A DNA stretch of 64,000 nucleotides from an uncultured Methanolobus sp. (GCA_963675495.1 OY776215.1:2784001-2848000), one strand, 5' to 3'. Numbered from the stretch's first letter, positions 53,846-63,994 are shown. Numbers and translations are program-made. Notes: generated by a model not told the origin, from the letters alone.

Positions 53846-54610
53846 TTGATCGATTTGGCAATTGAGAAAGGCGATTTCATAAAAATAAACTATACCGGTA
53901 AGTTCAATGAAGGACAGATCTTTGACACAACCGATGAACAGCTTGCAAAAGACAACGGTATCTTCAATCCACGCGGTGCTTACGGCGGAGATGTTGTTAT
54001 TGTAGGCTCCGGCCACACCATCAAAGGTCTTGATGAGGATTTCGAAGGCAAGGATGTAGGATATTCCGGTTCTATTACCATAGCTCCTGAGAAGGCATTC
54101 GGTCCACACAACCCTGCACTTGTAGAGACAGTTTCCATTACAAAGCTCACTGAGCAGTTCAAAGACCAGAAGCCATATCCGGGAATGCCTGTGGAAATTA
54201 ACGGAAAACGTGGTGTCATTGCTCAGATCATTGGCCGCAGAGTACGTGTAGACCTCAACCATGCTCTTGCAGGTAAGGAAGTCGAATACGAATACACCAT
54301 CGAAGAGAAGATCGAGGACAGAATCGCTAAGGCACAGGGCCTTCTTTCACTCTACACCGGTATGCCTGAGATCGAGGTAGAAGTAACTGATGAGGTTATC
54401 AGAGTATTTACTCCTATAGAGCTTGGATTCAACCAGAGATGGATGGTCTCAAAAATGACCATCGCAAGCGAACTTATTGACAAGCTCGGCATCCCTAACC
54501 TTGAATATGTTGAGAAACACCCATATGTTCCTCCAACAGCTGAGGTAGAGGAAGTCGCAGAAGAGCCAGAAGCTCCTGCAGAAGAAGAAGCTGAAGCTAC
54601 AGAGGAATAA
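53846..54610 (+). CDS. FKBP-type peptidyl-prolyl isomerase (long archaeal SlyD-like)
   Basis: GDFIKINYTG, FDTT, PEKAFG, VDLNHALAGK; acidic tail. Confidence 0.92.
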   Translation: MIDLAIEKGDFIKINYTGKFNEGQIFDTTDEQLAKDNGIFNPRGAYGGDVVIVGSGHTIKGLDEDFEGKDVGYSGSITIAPEKAFGPHNPALVETVSITKLTEQFKDQKPYPGMPVEINGKRGVIAQIIGRRVRVDLNHALAGKEVEYEYTIEEKIEDRIAKAQGLLSLYTGMPEIEVEVTDEVIRVFTPIELGFNQRWMVSKMTIASELIDKLGIPNLEYVEKHPYVPPTAEVEEVAEEPEAPAEEEAEATEE

Positions 54611-54752
54611 TCTTCCTCTTTTTACTTCACTCTTATATATCACCTCCACAACAATTACATAAATTCACAAAATCAAGACGAATTACCGTCAAATATCGAT
54701 TTTGAATCAAAAACCTTATATCTTAAGTTGTTATTTAGAAACCATCCGACAT

Positions 54753-54838
54753 GCTGAGGTAGCCAAGTGGACTACGGCGCCGGTCTTGAAAACCGGTAGT
54801 GCTAACGCGCTGCAAGAGTTCGAATCTCTTCCTCAGCG
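54753..54838 (+). tRNA. tRNA-Ser (anticodon UGA)
   Basis: Acceptor GCTGAGG/CCTCAGC + G discriminator, anticodon arm CCGGT-CTTGAAA-ACCGG, long variable arm, GTTCGAATC T-loop; CCA not encoded. Confidence 0.96.
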
Positions 54839-54876
54839 TCGAAATCTTTTTTACATTATGTAAGGGTAAGATTGTT

Positions 54877-55056
54877 GTGGACCTTAAGGACATTGTCATC
54901 ATAGCATTAGTTCTCTTAATAGTGCTTGCTATTCTAAATAGTGTACTTGCTTTGTTTGCTATTGCAATACGACTACTGGTTAGTTTAATGTATCTCATTT
55001 TTGTTGTAGCCTTAGTAGCTGCTATCTTGCTTTTCATAACGAAGATGTTTAAATAA
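54877..55056 (+). CDS. Small hydrophobic membrane protein
   Basis: 59-aa ORF, almost entirely hydrophobic (about 2 TM). Confidence 0.6.
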   Translation: MDLKDIVIIALVLLIVLAILNSVLALFAIAIRLLVSLMYLIFVVALVAAILLFITKMFK

Positions 55057-55249
55057 GACAAAATGTCTGTTTTTTAAAGGTCGTTTTTTTTATATTTCAT
55101 TCGAATTATCTTGAAAGCTTTTAATAAGGTCATATCCAATTTCACGTTTGTATACTTCAACAATATTCCTATTATGGTCATTGTTTTTCAGGAATAAATG
55201 CTATATCAGTAAAGAGAACATACTAAATGGATAAACAGAGGTGAAATAT

Positions 55250-55480
55250 ATGAGGGAATTCAGCAAAGAAGAACTTTCAAAGTATGACGGCAAACAGAAA
55301 AAAGAAATATATGTTGTTTACTCTGGAAAGGTTTATGATATGACTGATAGTGGCTCATGGGGGGATGGGGAACACTACGATCATGAAGGTGGCCTTGATC
55401 TTACAGAACAAATGGATGAGTCGCCACACGGAGAAGAGGTTTTTGAAGGGTATGAAGTCGTTGGAACCCTTATGGACTGA
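55250..55480 (+). CDS. Cytochrome b5-like heme/steroid-binding protein
   Basis: FSKEELSKYDG, GKVYDMT, W..G.H, G.DLT, SPHG. Confidence 0.88.
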   Translation: MREFSKEELSKYDGKQKKEIYVVYSGKVYDMTDSGSWGDGEHYDHEGGLDLTEQMDESPHGEEVFEGYEVVGTLMD

Positions 55481-55763
55481 AATGGGTGAGAATTTATCAG
55501 TTTATAGAGAAACCATCATTTATTCTTTTTTAACCCAATTTACCATGGTGTATGCACTTGCATCTTTTGTTAAAAGAAAATGTATTTTTTAGTTTTAATT
55601 TTTGATTAAACAATTAACGTATGGCACTATCGTCTAATTTAGTATAATGCGGTATTCATCTCTGATCAGGCAGAAGAAGCACATCGTGATTTTTTGAGAA
55701 GTATGAAAAACTTCCATCGAAAGTTTTCTTAAAATGAAAGCTAGAATGAATTTTCTTATTTAT

Positions 55764-58541
55764 TCAGAAGCCCTGATCCTCTATGGTAAATGAAAAAGTA
55801 CTTCCTTTTCCCTCTTCACTTTCGAGCCATATTTTTCCATTGTGCATTTCAACGAAACGTTTTACAAGGGCCAGTCCCAGGCCAGTCCCGCCGTGTTTTC
55901 TTTTATTTGACGCATCAACCTGCATAAAAGGATTGAATATATCCTCTTTCATGTGTTCTGGGATTCCAATACCAGTGTCTGAAACAGATATTTGGATACC
56001 ATTATTTGTTCTGGTATTAACGATGGTGACTTCTCCTGAATCTGGAGTAAATTTAATAGCATTACTGAGTAAATTGAACATTATTTGTTTGAACTTCAAT
56101 TTATCCGCAAATATCTCAATACCGTTAATTTCATCGAGTAATTTCAAATCAATATTTTTTTTATTAGCCAATGGATGCATAGATGCCTGAATCTCAGTCA
56201 GTGTTTGAGAAACAGCGACTTGTTCACAATCAAGTTCCATCTTGCCGGCTTCTATTTTGGACAAGTCAAGAACGTCATTTATAAGTTCTAAAAGGTGCTT
56301 CCCACTTTTGCTTATATGAGCTACATGTCTGGTCTGTTTTTCATTCAGCTCGCCGAACATATTAGAACTCAGTACATCTGAAAACCCTATTATGGTTGTA
56401 AGGGGGGTGCGCAGTTCATGACTCATATTTGCAAGGAACTCTGATTTGATGCGGTCATTTTCTTCTGCCAGCATTTTAGCCTGGATCAAAGAGTGTTCTG
56501 CCCTTTTCTTTTCAGTAACGTCACTTGTAAACACAATATAACGTGTTTCTGAAAGTTTGATGGCATCCATCCTCATCCAGTAAGCATTTTTGTCCTTGTG
56601 AATGGCAAGCAATTCAACAGTTGTAAAGCCATAGCACTTCACTTCATAATTACCTTGATATGCCTTGGGGTGGAATTCTGGACTTATAAGGTCAAAACCA
56701 GTCATTTCTAACAATTCACTCTCAGAGTATCCTGTAATTACAGAGGCAGTCTTGTTAACTTCCAGATATTTCCAGTTTTCATCGGCTATAAAAATTCCAT
56801 ACGGTGCATTCTTAATATAGTTTCTAAATTTAGCTTCACTTTCTCTCAGAGAATCTTCAGCTAGCTTCCGTTCAGTAATATCGTGGTAGTTGAGCATTAT
56901 TCCTTTTATAGCGGGTTCATGCAAGAGGTTAATAGCTGTGAATTCTATCCATTTGTAATTGCCGTTTTTACAGAGATATCTGGTTTCTGCAGTTTTCTCT
57001 GCTTCTGGGATGCGAAGGAGCATGGAAAAAAGATTTTTTGCGTCCTCCTGGTCGTCAGGATGAATGTTATCCCATACAGAAGCACCGATGAGCTCCTCCG
57101 TTCTCCACCCGAACCACTTCTCTACATTTGGACTTTTGTATCTGTTTATTCCGTCATTGTCAATGATAGCTATTATATCAGTACTGTTTGCGATCATTGC
57201 ACTATGTTTGGCTTCACTTTCACGCAAGGCATCTTCAGCTTGCTTGCGCTCAGTTATGTCATGGTAATTCAATAGAATTCCCATTATGGCTGGATCTTCC
57301 AGGAGGTTAGTGGCTGTAAATTCTATCCATTTGTAATTACCATCCTTACAACGATACCTGGATTCTGCATTTACTGAAGCACCTGGCATGTCTACGATCG
57401 TAGCAACTATTTCTTGTGTATGGATCAGGTTATCAGGATGGATATTTTCTAATGCGGGCATTCCAACAATCTCTTCTGGTTGCCATCCGAACCATTTTTC
57501 GATATTAGGACTTTTGTATCTGTTTATTCCCTTCTTATCGATGATAGCTATAACATCTGAAATGTTTGCAATCATTGTGCTCTGTTTTGCGTCACTTTGT
57601 ATTAGAGCTTCTTCTGCATGTTTCTGCTTAGTTATATCTCTGAACTCAACAACCCGTACCATTTTTCCTTTGTATGGGATGTTCTTTGCCTCTAACCAGA
57701 GGGGATATTCTGTACCATCTTTCCGACGGCCTATTGCTTCATATGGTTCTTCGTAACCTGCATTGATATTGTTTATTACTTGATTTCTGTAACTTTCGGC
57801 CATAAGCAGTAGTCCATCCATCCCGATTAGTTCATCAAGTGTGTAACCGGTTATTTCGGAAAGACCTAAGTTACAGTCAATTATAATATTTTCATAATGA
57901 ATGAAGATACCACCAAAAGATGCGTTGTGGAGTGCTTTGAATCTCTCTTCGCTTTCCTTTAGTTCGTTTTCTGCCCTCTTATGAAAAATAGATGCTCCGA
58001 TACCATCGGCAATTACGGTAAGAAGGTTAATGTCATCTTTGTGCCATTTACGAGCTTGTACACAATCATCAAATCCTATGAAACCCCAGAATTCTTTGCC
58101 TGCAAAAATTGGAATTATCAGTATCGAAAGAATACCTTGCTCAGAAAGAATTGTTTTTTCCGGATCATCGAGTTCTTCTATTATGTGTGCAAAGTGATTC
58201 CTTGCTTCAAATATGGGTAATAGTGTCGGCGCTCCTTCACTGTACGGTAAGTGTTGAAGATCAGGGTTATCTATTTGCGGTTCGATATCTTCAGATACTA
58301 TCTCATTGGTTTGTGACATGCAAAGACCTAATTCAGGGTCATCTTCGTTTTGGAAAATATATGATCTGCTATTCTGAACAGTGTTATGAATTTCACTAAG
58401 TATTTGGGGTAAGATATTTTCAATGCTATCCGGTTCAAGTAAAAGACGCATGCATTTGACTGTTGCCATCTCATAATCCAGCCTTCTTTTGAGTGATTCT
58501 TCAATCTTTATCAGGTCTTCACTTTTATCTGAGATGTTCAT
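55764..58541 (-). CDS. GAF/multi-PAS histidine kinase
   Basis: GAF (WGFIGFDDC), 4 PAS, H-box MSHELRTPL, NAIKFT, GGTGLGL. Confidence 0.92.
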   Translation of the reverse strand: MNISDKSEDLIKIEESLKRRLDYEMATVKCMRLLLEPDSIENILPQILSEIHNTVQNSRSYIFQNEDDPELGLCMSQTNEIVSEDIEPQIDNPDLQHLPYSEGAPTLLPIFEARNHFAHIIEELDDPEKTILSEQGILSILIIPIFAGKEFWGFIGFDDCVQARKWHKDDINLLTVIADGIGASIFHKRAENELKESEERFKALHNASFGGIFIHYENIIIDCNLGLSEITGYTLDELIGMDGLLLMAESYRNQVINNINAGYEEPYEAIGRRKDGTEYPLWLEAKNIPYKGKMVRVVEFRDITKQKHAEEALIQSDAKQSTMIANISDVIAIIDKKGINRYKSPNIEKWFGWQPEEIVGMPALENIHPDNLIHTQEIVATIVDMPGASVNAESRYRCKDGNYKWIEFTATNLLEDPAIMGILLNYHDITERKQAEDALRESEAKHSAMIANSTDIIAIIDNDGINRYKSPNVEKWFGWRTEELIGASVWDNIHPDDQEDAKNLFSMLLRIPEAEKTAETRYLCKNGNYKWIEFTAINLLHEPAIKGIMLNYHDITERKLAEDSLRESEAKFRNYIKNAPYGIFIADENWKYLEVNKTASVITGYSESELLEMTGFDLISPEFHPKAYQGNYEVKCYGFTTVELLAIHKDKNAYWMRMDAIKLSETRYIVFTSDVTEKKRAEHSLIQAKMLAEENDRIKSEFLANMSHELRTPLTTIIGFSDVLSSNMFGELNEKQTRHVAHISKSGKHLLELINDVLDLSKIEAGKMELDCEQVAVSQTLTEIQASMHPLANKKNIDLKLLDEINGIEIFADKLKFKQIMFNLLSNAIKFTPDSGEVTIVNTRTNNGIQISVSDTGIGIPEHMKEDIFNPFMQVDASNKRKHGGTGLGLALVKRFVEMHNGKIWLESEEGKGSTFSFTIEDQGF

Positions 58542-58758
58542 TTCATCAAATTCCTTTATTAATGCTGAATACTGGTGTTCTGCGACTCAGATTTCTTTGA
58601 GAGTATCAATTTTAAATTGTGTATCAATGAAAATTATGTTAGATTTCAATATCTATTGTATGTACTGCCCATTTATATAATCTTATATATGTTTTTTGAT
58701 ATTTGGTAGGTCTCGAAACAAAACCTTTAAGGCTGTTTGGCTGATATGCCACTAAAAT

Positions 58759-59379
58759 ATGCTTTTTATCAATGAGTTCCTGTTATCCGGAATAATTCTT
58801 GGTTTTGCTGCAGGTATCTCTCCAGGACCACTAATGGCAATGATAATTTCCGAAAGCATACAGCATGGGTCAAGAGAAGGAATTAAGGTTGCATTATCTC
58901 CACTGATGACAGATTTTTTAATTGTATCATCCATTCTGCTAATCCTGTCGCATTTTGGAAACCAGGATTTTGTGATTGCTATCATCAGTTTGTCAGGTGC
59001 TGTTTACCTGATATATCTTGGGATATCTTCATTTAGATCTGAAAACAATGATCTTGACATTGCAATTCAAAAGAGAGATTCGTTGAAGAAGGGAATTTTA
59101 GTCAATTTCCTGAGCCCGCATCCTTACCTGTTCTGGATTACAATTGGTGGCCCTATTCTTTTCAAGGCACTTGATGTTGACATGTTGGCTAGCGTTTTGT
59201 TTGTTTTCGGATTTTATGCTCTTCTTGTGGGCTCAAAGATTTTGATTGCACTTGTTGTAGGAAAATCCGGCCATTTCCTGAAAAGCAACTATTATCTTTG
59301 TACTATACGTTTGTTAGGTGTGGTTTATCTTGTTTTTGCTTTCTTTTTCATAGAGCAAGGTCTTGATTTGCTGGGCTGA
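58759..59379 (+). CDS. LysE-family translocator
   Basis: GISPGP, GAVYLIYLG, KGILVNFLSPHPYLFW. Confidence 0.88.
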   Translation: MLFINEFLLSGIILGFAAGISPGPLMAMIISESIQHGSREGIKVALSPLMTDFLIVSSILLILSHFGNQDFVIAIISLSGAVYLIYLGISSFRSENNDLDIAIQKRDSLKKGILVNFLSPHPYLFWITIGGPILFKALDVDMLASVLFVFGFYALLVGSKILIALVVGKSGHFLKSNYYLCTIRLLGVVYLVFAFFFIEQGLDLLG

Positions 59380-59452
59380 CTACAGTTTTTTTAGTAAAAT
59401 TTACTCAAAATCTCATCTTTTAATTACATTTCTTATTGCTGCAGTATTAATT

Positions 59453-59653
59453 ATGGTAGAATGTGAATTACTTTCAAAATGTGGATTCTTTAATAGTTAC
59501 CAGTCAGAAAAGTAAGTAGCAAGCAAGGGATTCATTGCCTTGTATTGTAAAGGTCCTAAAATGGGTGAGTGTAAAAGAAAAATTTATAGGAAAGAGAACG
59601 GTGTTGTTCCTCCAGATGGCATGATGCCTTCAGGATTAATGATTACAAATTGA
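59453..59653 (+). pseudogene. Small Cys-rich protein interrupted by an in-frame TAA
   Basis: MVECELLSKCGFFNSYQSEK*VASKGFIALYCKGPKMGECKRKIYRKENGVVPPDGMMPSG; TAA at 59513-59515. Confidence 0.65.
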
Positions 59654-59743
59654 TTTTATGTTTGCCTGAATATTTAAAGTAATGTAACTATTATTGAGTC
59701 AATTAAAAGTGCAGACTCAATTCCGCCCTTTTTATTTTTGTAT

Positions 59744-60508
59744 TCAGGATATTACAACACCATATTTAGCAAATACTTTGGCACATGCCAACCTGAGCTT
59801 TTCAGAGTCTGTTTTGATATCTGTTAAATTACCCGATGTTACGGAGTTATTCAGTACTTCAATGGCGCTATCAACCTGAGCAAGGGCAGGTTCGTATCCA
59901 TCATCTGCACTTTCCGGTTTTTCCGCATCCTTAACAGCCTGCCATTCATCTTTCAGCGTAGGGATATAGGCCGCAACCATTTCTGTATTGTTGGCATTTG
60001 CAGCATCAATTGCTTCTTCCATCGATGCATGGAATACAGTAAGGAGATCACCCATCTGCACAACATCGTTCCTTTCGTGCAGGCCGAAGAAAAGGTCCCT
60101 CATGATTTCAAGGGTGCTATGCGCAGTTTCAATGTCGCCTTCTTCGAGTATTTCCTGCGAAGATTCTGCTATCAGAACTGCTCTTTTTATTTCACTTGCC
60201 CAGTTTTTATCATTGGCATACATTTCAGGTGGTGCTTCTCCATATGCATCAGATACATAGGTAAGCTTGCCTACAAGTTCATCAATAGAGGATTTAGATG
60301 CGGATATATTTTTCTCACTTGTTGATACAAGTGCTTCAATATATACTGTATTTGCTTCTGCCATGATCCCAGCAAATTCTGTTTCATTTACAGTGACAGG
60401 AATTGCTGTTGTATGATCGTTATTTTTGACTTGTTCATCAACGCAACCTGCAATAAGAAAAGTCGATATTATTATGAGGAAATAAACAAAAATTAACTTC
60501 ATTTTCAT
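59744..60508 (-). CDS. Hypothetical helical lipoprotein
   Basis: Lipobox LIAGC; helical body with AH..LE and FH..ME motifs. Confidence 0.7.
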   Translation of the reverse strand: MKMKLIFVYFLIIISTFLIAGCVDEQVKNNDHTTAIPVTVNETEFAGIMAEANTVYIEALVSTSEKNISASKSSIDELVGKLTYVSDAYGEAPPEMYANDKNWASEIKRAVLIAESSQEILEEGDIETAHSTLEIMRDLFFGLHERNDVVQMGDLLTVFHASMEEAIDAANANNTEMVAAYIPTLKDEWQAVKDAEKPESADDGYEPALAQVDSAIEVLNNSVTSGNLTDIKTDSEKLRLACAKVFAKYGVVIS

Positions 60509-60586
60509 AAGTATATGCACCATGCAAAAGTAGGATTTGCCACAATATAAATTTATGTGACTTAATTAATCATAAATTTTATTTAA

Positions 60587-60659
60587 TTCTGAGGTGTGTG
60601 CAATTACTGACGAGGTACTAAAGTTAGGAGGATTCAGAGAAAGAAACCACACCTCAGAA
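60587..60659. other. 12-bp perfect inverted repeat enclosing a 49-nt loop
   Basis: TTCTGAGGTGTG 60587-98 / CACACCTCAGAA 60648-59. Confidence 0.55.
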
Positions 60660-60764
60660 CAAATGTTTACTATACCAATTCTTTATTATATCTAATGGTT
60701 TTAATAATTTATGGTGTATATATGACGCGCCTTATATATCTGCCTAGTACGATATTCCCGGATG

Positions 60765-60804
<40 letters not shown>

Positions 60805-60939
60805 TCAGTATTCAGAATATGTTCTACTATAATATTTGTTAGTTAATAACAAAAAAGAATGGGCGCATTTAAATATAGCATTTGCTCATTTATCATTCGA
60901 ATACTTTTTAAAAAAGTAACCACTCATAAGTAAAAGGAA

Positions 60940-61503
60940 ATGATTCAAATGAAGGTAGTAGGTTTTGTTGGAAGTCCTAGAAAGAATGGAAACACCGATG
61001 TACTTGTCCAGCAGGTTCTTGATGGAGCAGTAGAAGCAGGTGCTGAGGTAGAAACGTTCTATATTAATGATATGGATATAAAGGGATGTCAGGGGTGTAA
61101 TTATTGTAGAGCTGTGGATGAATGCAAACTCAATGATGACATGACAAAAGCCTATGAAGCTTTAAAGACTGCAGATGGATTTGTATTTGGATCACCAATA
61201 TACTTCTACCAGTTAACAGGTCAGATGAGACAGTTTATTGATCGTTGCTTTGCTCTTATTAATCCAGATTTCACCTCACGCCTGGATGCAGGTAAAAAGG
61301 CTGTCATAGTAGGTGCACAAGGCGCTCCGGAGGCTGAAGCTTTTAAATCTGTATATGAAGAATTCTCACGAATCCTGCAAATGTTCGGAATGGATGTCAA
61401 AGGCACTTTTGTGGACATAGGCCATCATGCACCTGGTGAGGTTAAGGAAAATGCCGAACTCATGGAAGAGGCAAAGGCAGCTGGTTCCCAGCTTTTGAAA
61501 TAA
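60940..61503 (+). CDS. Iron-sulfur flavoprotein (Isf/flavodoxin family)
   Basis: GSPRKNGNT, CQGCNYC-x5-C, GSPIYF. Confidence 0.9.
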   Translation: MIQMKVVGFVGSPRKNGNTDVLVQQVLDGAVEAGAEVETFYINDMDIKGCQGCNYCRAVDECKLNDDMTKAYEALKTADGFVFGSPIYFYQLTGQMRQFIDRCFALINPDFTSRLDAGKKAVIVGAQGAPEAEAFKSVYEEFSRILQMFGMDVKGTFVDIGHHAPGEVKENAELMEEAKAAGSQLLK

Positions 61504-61518
61504 TTCTCAGTTTAATAG

Positions 61519-61546
61519 CATGCACTATGAGTGCATGTATTTTTTT
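61519..61546 (+). terminator. Hairpin plus T-tract after the Isf gene
   Basis: CATGCACT-ATG-AGTGCATG followed by TATTTTTTT. Confidence 0.6.
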
Positions 61547-61610
61547 AGCATTTTAATTTGCAGTTGTTCTCAAGCAATTGATGACAATAAATAAAGATTA
61601 AAGAAGGGAG

Positions 61611-62663
61611 CTAATCCCTGTCATTAATTGCAATGAACTCTGCATAGACCGGATAATGATCAGATACTGCCACAGTTTCATCATATGTTAAGTTGTATTC
61701 CAGATCATATCTGAAGACCCCGAAATCTCCTGTAAAGTCACTGTGGTCTGTCAGTATTATTCTGTCATATGTGTAGTCCGTTGCTTTTGTGGTGGTATCA
61801 TGTGTGTCATCAATTACCCAGTAGTATTCATCAAGGTCTGAGCTTGAATCTTCATTGAAGTATGAACCATCAGCATTTAAATCTCCCAGAATTATGAAAT
61901 CCTGCTCATCCGGGTAGACGTTCTGTGCATGTGCAAGGGCTTCATCCAGGGCGTTTATTTCTTCGGTGGCCTCATCAGGATCTGTATGTATCACTATTAT
62001 AACAGCATCATAATTGCCATTGACCGCCCTGAAAGATGCAATGTAAGGTTGCCTGTGGAACGGATCTGTTCCTTCTGGTTCAGGGTAGGGCAATGCTTCG
62101 CTTGTAATTAATATCGTGTCGGTGTTATAGACATAGGCGTATTGTTCTTTGCTTGTGGTTCTTCCCATTCTTTCGCTAACAACAAATTCATAGTTTGAAC
62201 CATCAGAGTTTACAAGTTCTATCAGTTCAGGAAGGGCTGTTTGTGACTTGTCCCTTATTTCCTGGATGGCTACTATGTCATAGGTCCTGATAATATCTGC
62301 AAGGACTGCCATTACTTCCGGTTTATCAGCCTTTGAGACTCCAAATACCTGAATATTGAATGCACCAATTCGCAATTTATCAGTTAGTTTTATTTTTGGT
62401 TCAGGTTCAGGAGCCTGTTTAATATGATTACTGTCTTCGTCATCGGAAATATCGGTAGTAGAGGCTAGAGGGCTTTGGTTCTCTTTATTTACAGACTGCT
62501 CGATATTTTCCTGCACATTTGTTTGAATTCCTATATTCTCTGTTTGTTTGTCAATTAGGATTATTTCATCTGTAACATTTGTATTTTTCTCATTTGAAAG
62601 GCAACCGGTTGTAAAACTTGCTAACACACAGATTAGAATGAATAGACTAACAATTTTTTGCAT
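61611..62663 (-). CDS. DNase I-like endonuclease/exonuclease/phosphatase lipoprotein
   Basis: Lipobox TTGC, linker, AFNIQVFG, IQEIRD, EQYAYVY, LGDLNA, YDRI, SDHYPV. Confidence 0.9.
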   Translation of the reverse strand: MQKIVSLFILICVLASFTTGCLSNEKNTNVTDEIILIDKQTENIGIQTNVQENIEQSVNKENQSPLASTTDISDDEDSNHIKQAPEPEPKIKLTDKLRIGAFNIQVFGVSKADKPEVMAVLADIIRTYDIVAIQEIRDKSQTALPELIELVNSDGSNYEFVVSERMGRTTSKEQYAYVYNTDTILITSEALPYPEPEGTDPFHRQPYIASFRAVNGNYDAVIIVIHTDPDEATEEINALDEALAHAQNVYPDEQDFIILGDLNADGSYFNEDSSSDLDEYYWVIDDTHDTTTKATDYTYDRIILTDHSDFTGDFGVFRYDLEYNLTYDETVAVSDHYPVYAEFIAINDRD

Positions 62664-62833
62664 CGTATGATACTCCATTTGAATATCATTTGATTGCACG
62701 CTAGCGATTTAAACTTATAGTCCATCTTTAGAAGCTGTTTTTACTTTAAAATAAGTAATTTATAATTTTGCATGAAAAATATTACTTGCAGGTACAGATA
62801 AGTTATTAAATAAGTATAATTATTAAAAAATGA

Positions 62834-62875
<42 letters not shown>

Positions 62876-62892
62876 TAGAATACGCAACAACA

Positions 62893-63129
62893 TTATGGCC
62901 TGCTAACTTCTGCATTTTGTATTGTGTGTGAGACATTTATAGTACTTTTAGTGACAGGACAGTCTTCGAGTATATTGTCATTGAAGGAAATAACTGGCAC
63001 AGGATTTTTCATATCAGGATGGCCGCAATAATATGCGGTTCCAACTTTAGTTCTCCCTGAAACTCCTGCGCATTTGGAATAAAGGGGAATATGCTTTCTA
63101 TAATTACATGTTGAGCAGTTCATTTTCAT
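62893..63129 (-). CDS. Small Cys-rich hypothetical protein
   Basis: CSTC, C, YYCGHP and CP in 78 aa. Confidence 0.55.
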   Translation of the reverse strand: MKMNCSTCNYRKHIPLYSKCAGVSGRTKVGTAYYCGHPDMKNPVPVISFNDNILEDCPVTKSTINVSHTIQNAEVSRP

Positions 63130-63367
63130 TGTCCTTGATGTTGGTTAGTGCGAAATTGATAAAGTTTGCAGTAAATAGTTAACTTAGTTAAATAGAGAAT
63201 GCAATATAAATATGGCAATAAATATATTTATGTCGATTTGTTACATTATTGTCTTTTATTATATTTATGCTAAACCCTATAGTATACTGTTACTATTATA
63301 TGCCTATGTATATTTTTTCAATAACAGCTGGCATATTTTATATAGTATGCCTACTAATGTTTCAAAT

Positions 63368-63468
63368 GACAAAAAGGAAGCATTATAATACCACCACAAT
63401 CTCATTATAGTACCATACCAACCAACTTTATATTATGAGAATATTATGCTTCCTGATTGTACTTTTGT
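63368..63468 (+). ncRNA. Candidate sRNA: long stem with C-rich loops, similar to the 40934 element
   Basis: AGGAAGCAT 63375-83 / ATGCTTCCT 63446-54, inner TCTCAT/ATGAGA, loops CCACCAC and GTACCATACCAACCAAC; TTTATATA 63337-44. Confidence 0.5.
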
Positions 63469-63625
63469 TGACAAGTGATACTCAGAGAAGTAATCATTTT
63501 TAAATTATAATGCTAAAATAAAAAAGGGGTAGGCTCTCAACAGAGCTGAAATCTTCATTTGAGTAATTAAAGTAACCTTGATCAAGTTGGTTTATTTGTT
63601 AAATTCTCTTGCTTTGCAATCATGA

Positions 63626-63994
63626 TCAAACAATTCCCAGATCAAGTGCCAGTGACAATATTATTGCAATTATTGAGAAAGCAAATATCACCAAATAATT
63701 CATGCGCTCCTTTGATACTGACAAACTCCACATAATGTATTGTAATCCACGGTAGTCATCATCGCTCAAAGGAGTCTTGTTCTCTATTTTTTCCAGTAGT
63801 TCCATGTCCTTAAGAACACTCACCCTGCGTGTTGCAATATGATATCTGTGTGCAAAGAACACCAGGTATCCAAGGACGCCCAGGTAGAAAAGAGTTTTTG
63901 CCAGAATCCCATTGTAATAATCTGCAATGATTATCAATCTAAGAAATATTGCTGATATCATTCCTACCCAGAAGTAGAACTGGATTCTCTTCAT
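63626..63994 (-). CDS. Small 3-TM membrane protein
   Basis: 122-aa hydrophobic ORF, SLSVSKERMNY motif; start near window edge. Confidence 0.7.
   Translation of the reverse strand: MKRIQFYFWVGMISAIFLRLIIIADYYNGILAKTLFYLGVLGYLVFFAHRYHIATRRVSVLKDMELLEKIENKTPLSDDDYRGLQYIMWSLSVSKERMNYLVIFAFSIIAIILSLALDLGIV

Noticed and set aside
54753-54838. tRNA-Sec or tRNA-Pyl, or an integration site
   Set aside because: Anticodon is UGA (Ser) with a 7-bp acceptor stem; no integrase or duplicated tRNA 3' end in the window
60608-60648. Hammerhead ribozyme (CTGACGAG...GAAAC inside the inverted repeat)
   Set aside because: Stems I and II cannot form and there is no NUH cleavage triplet at the required position
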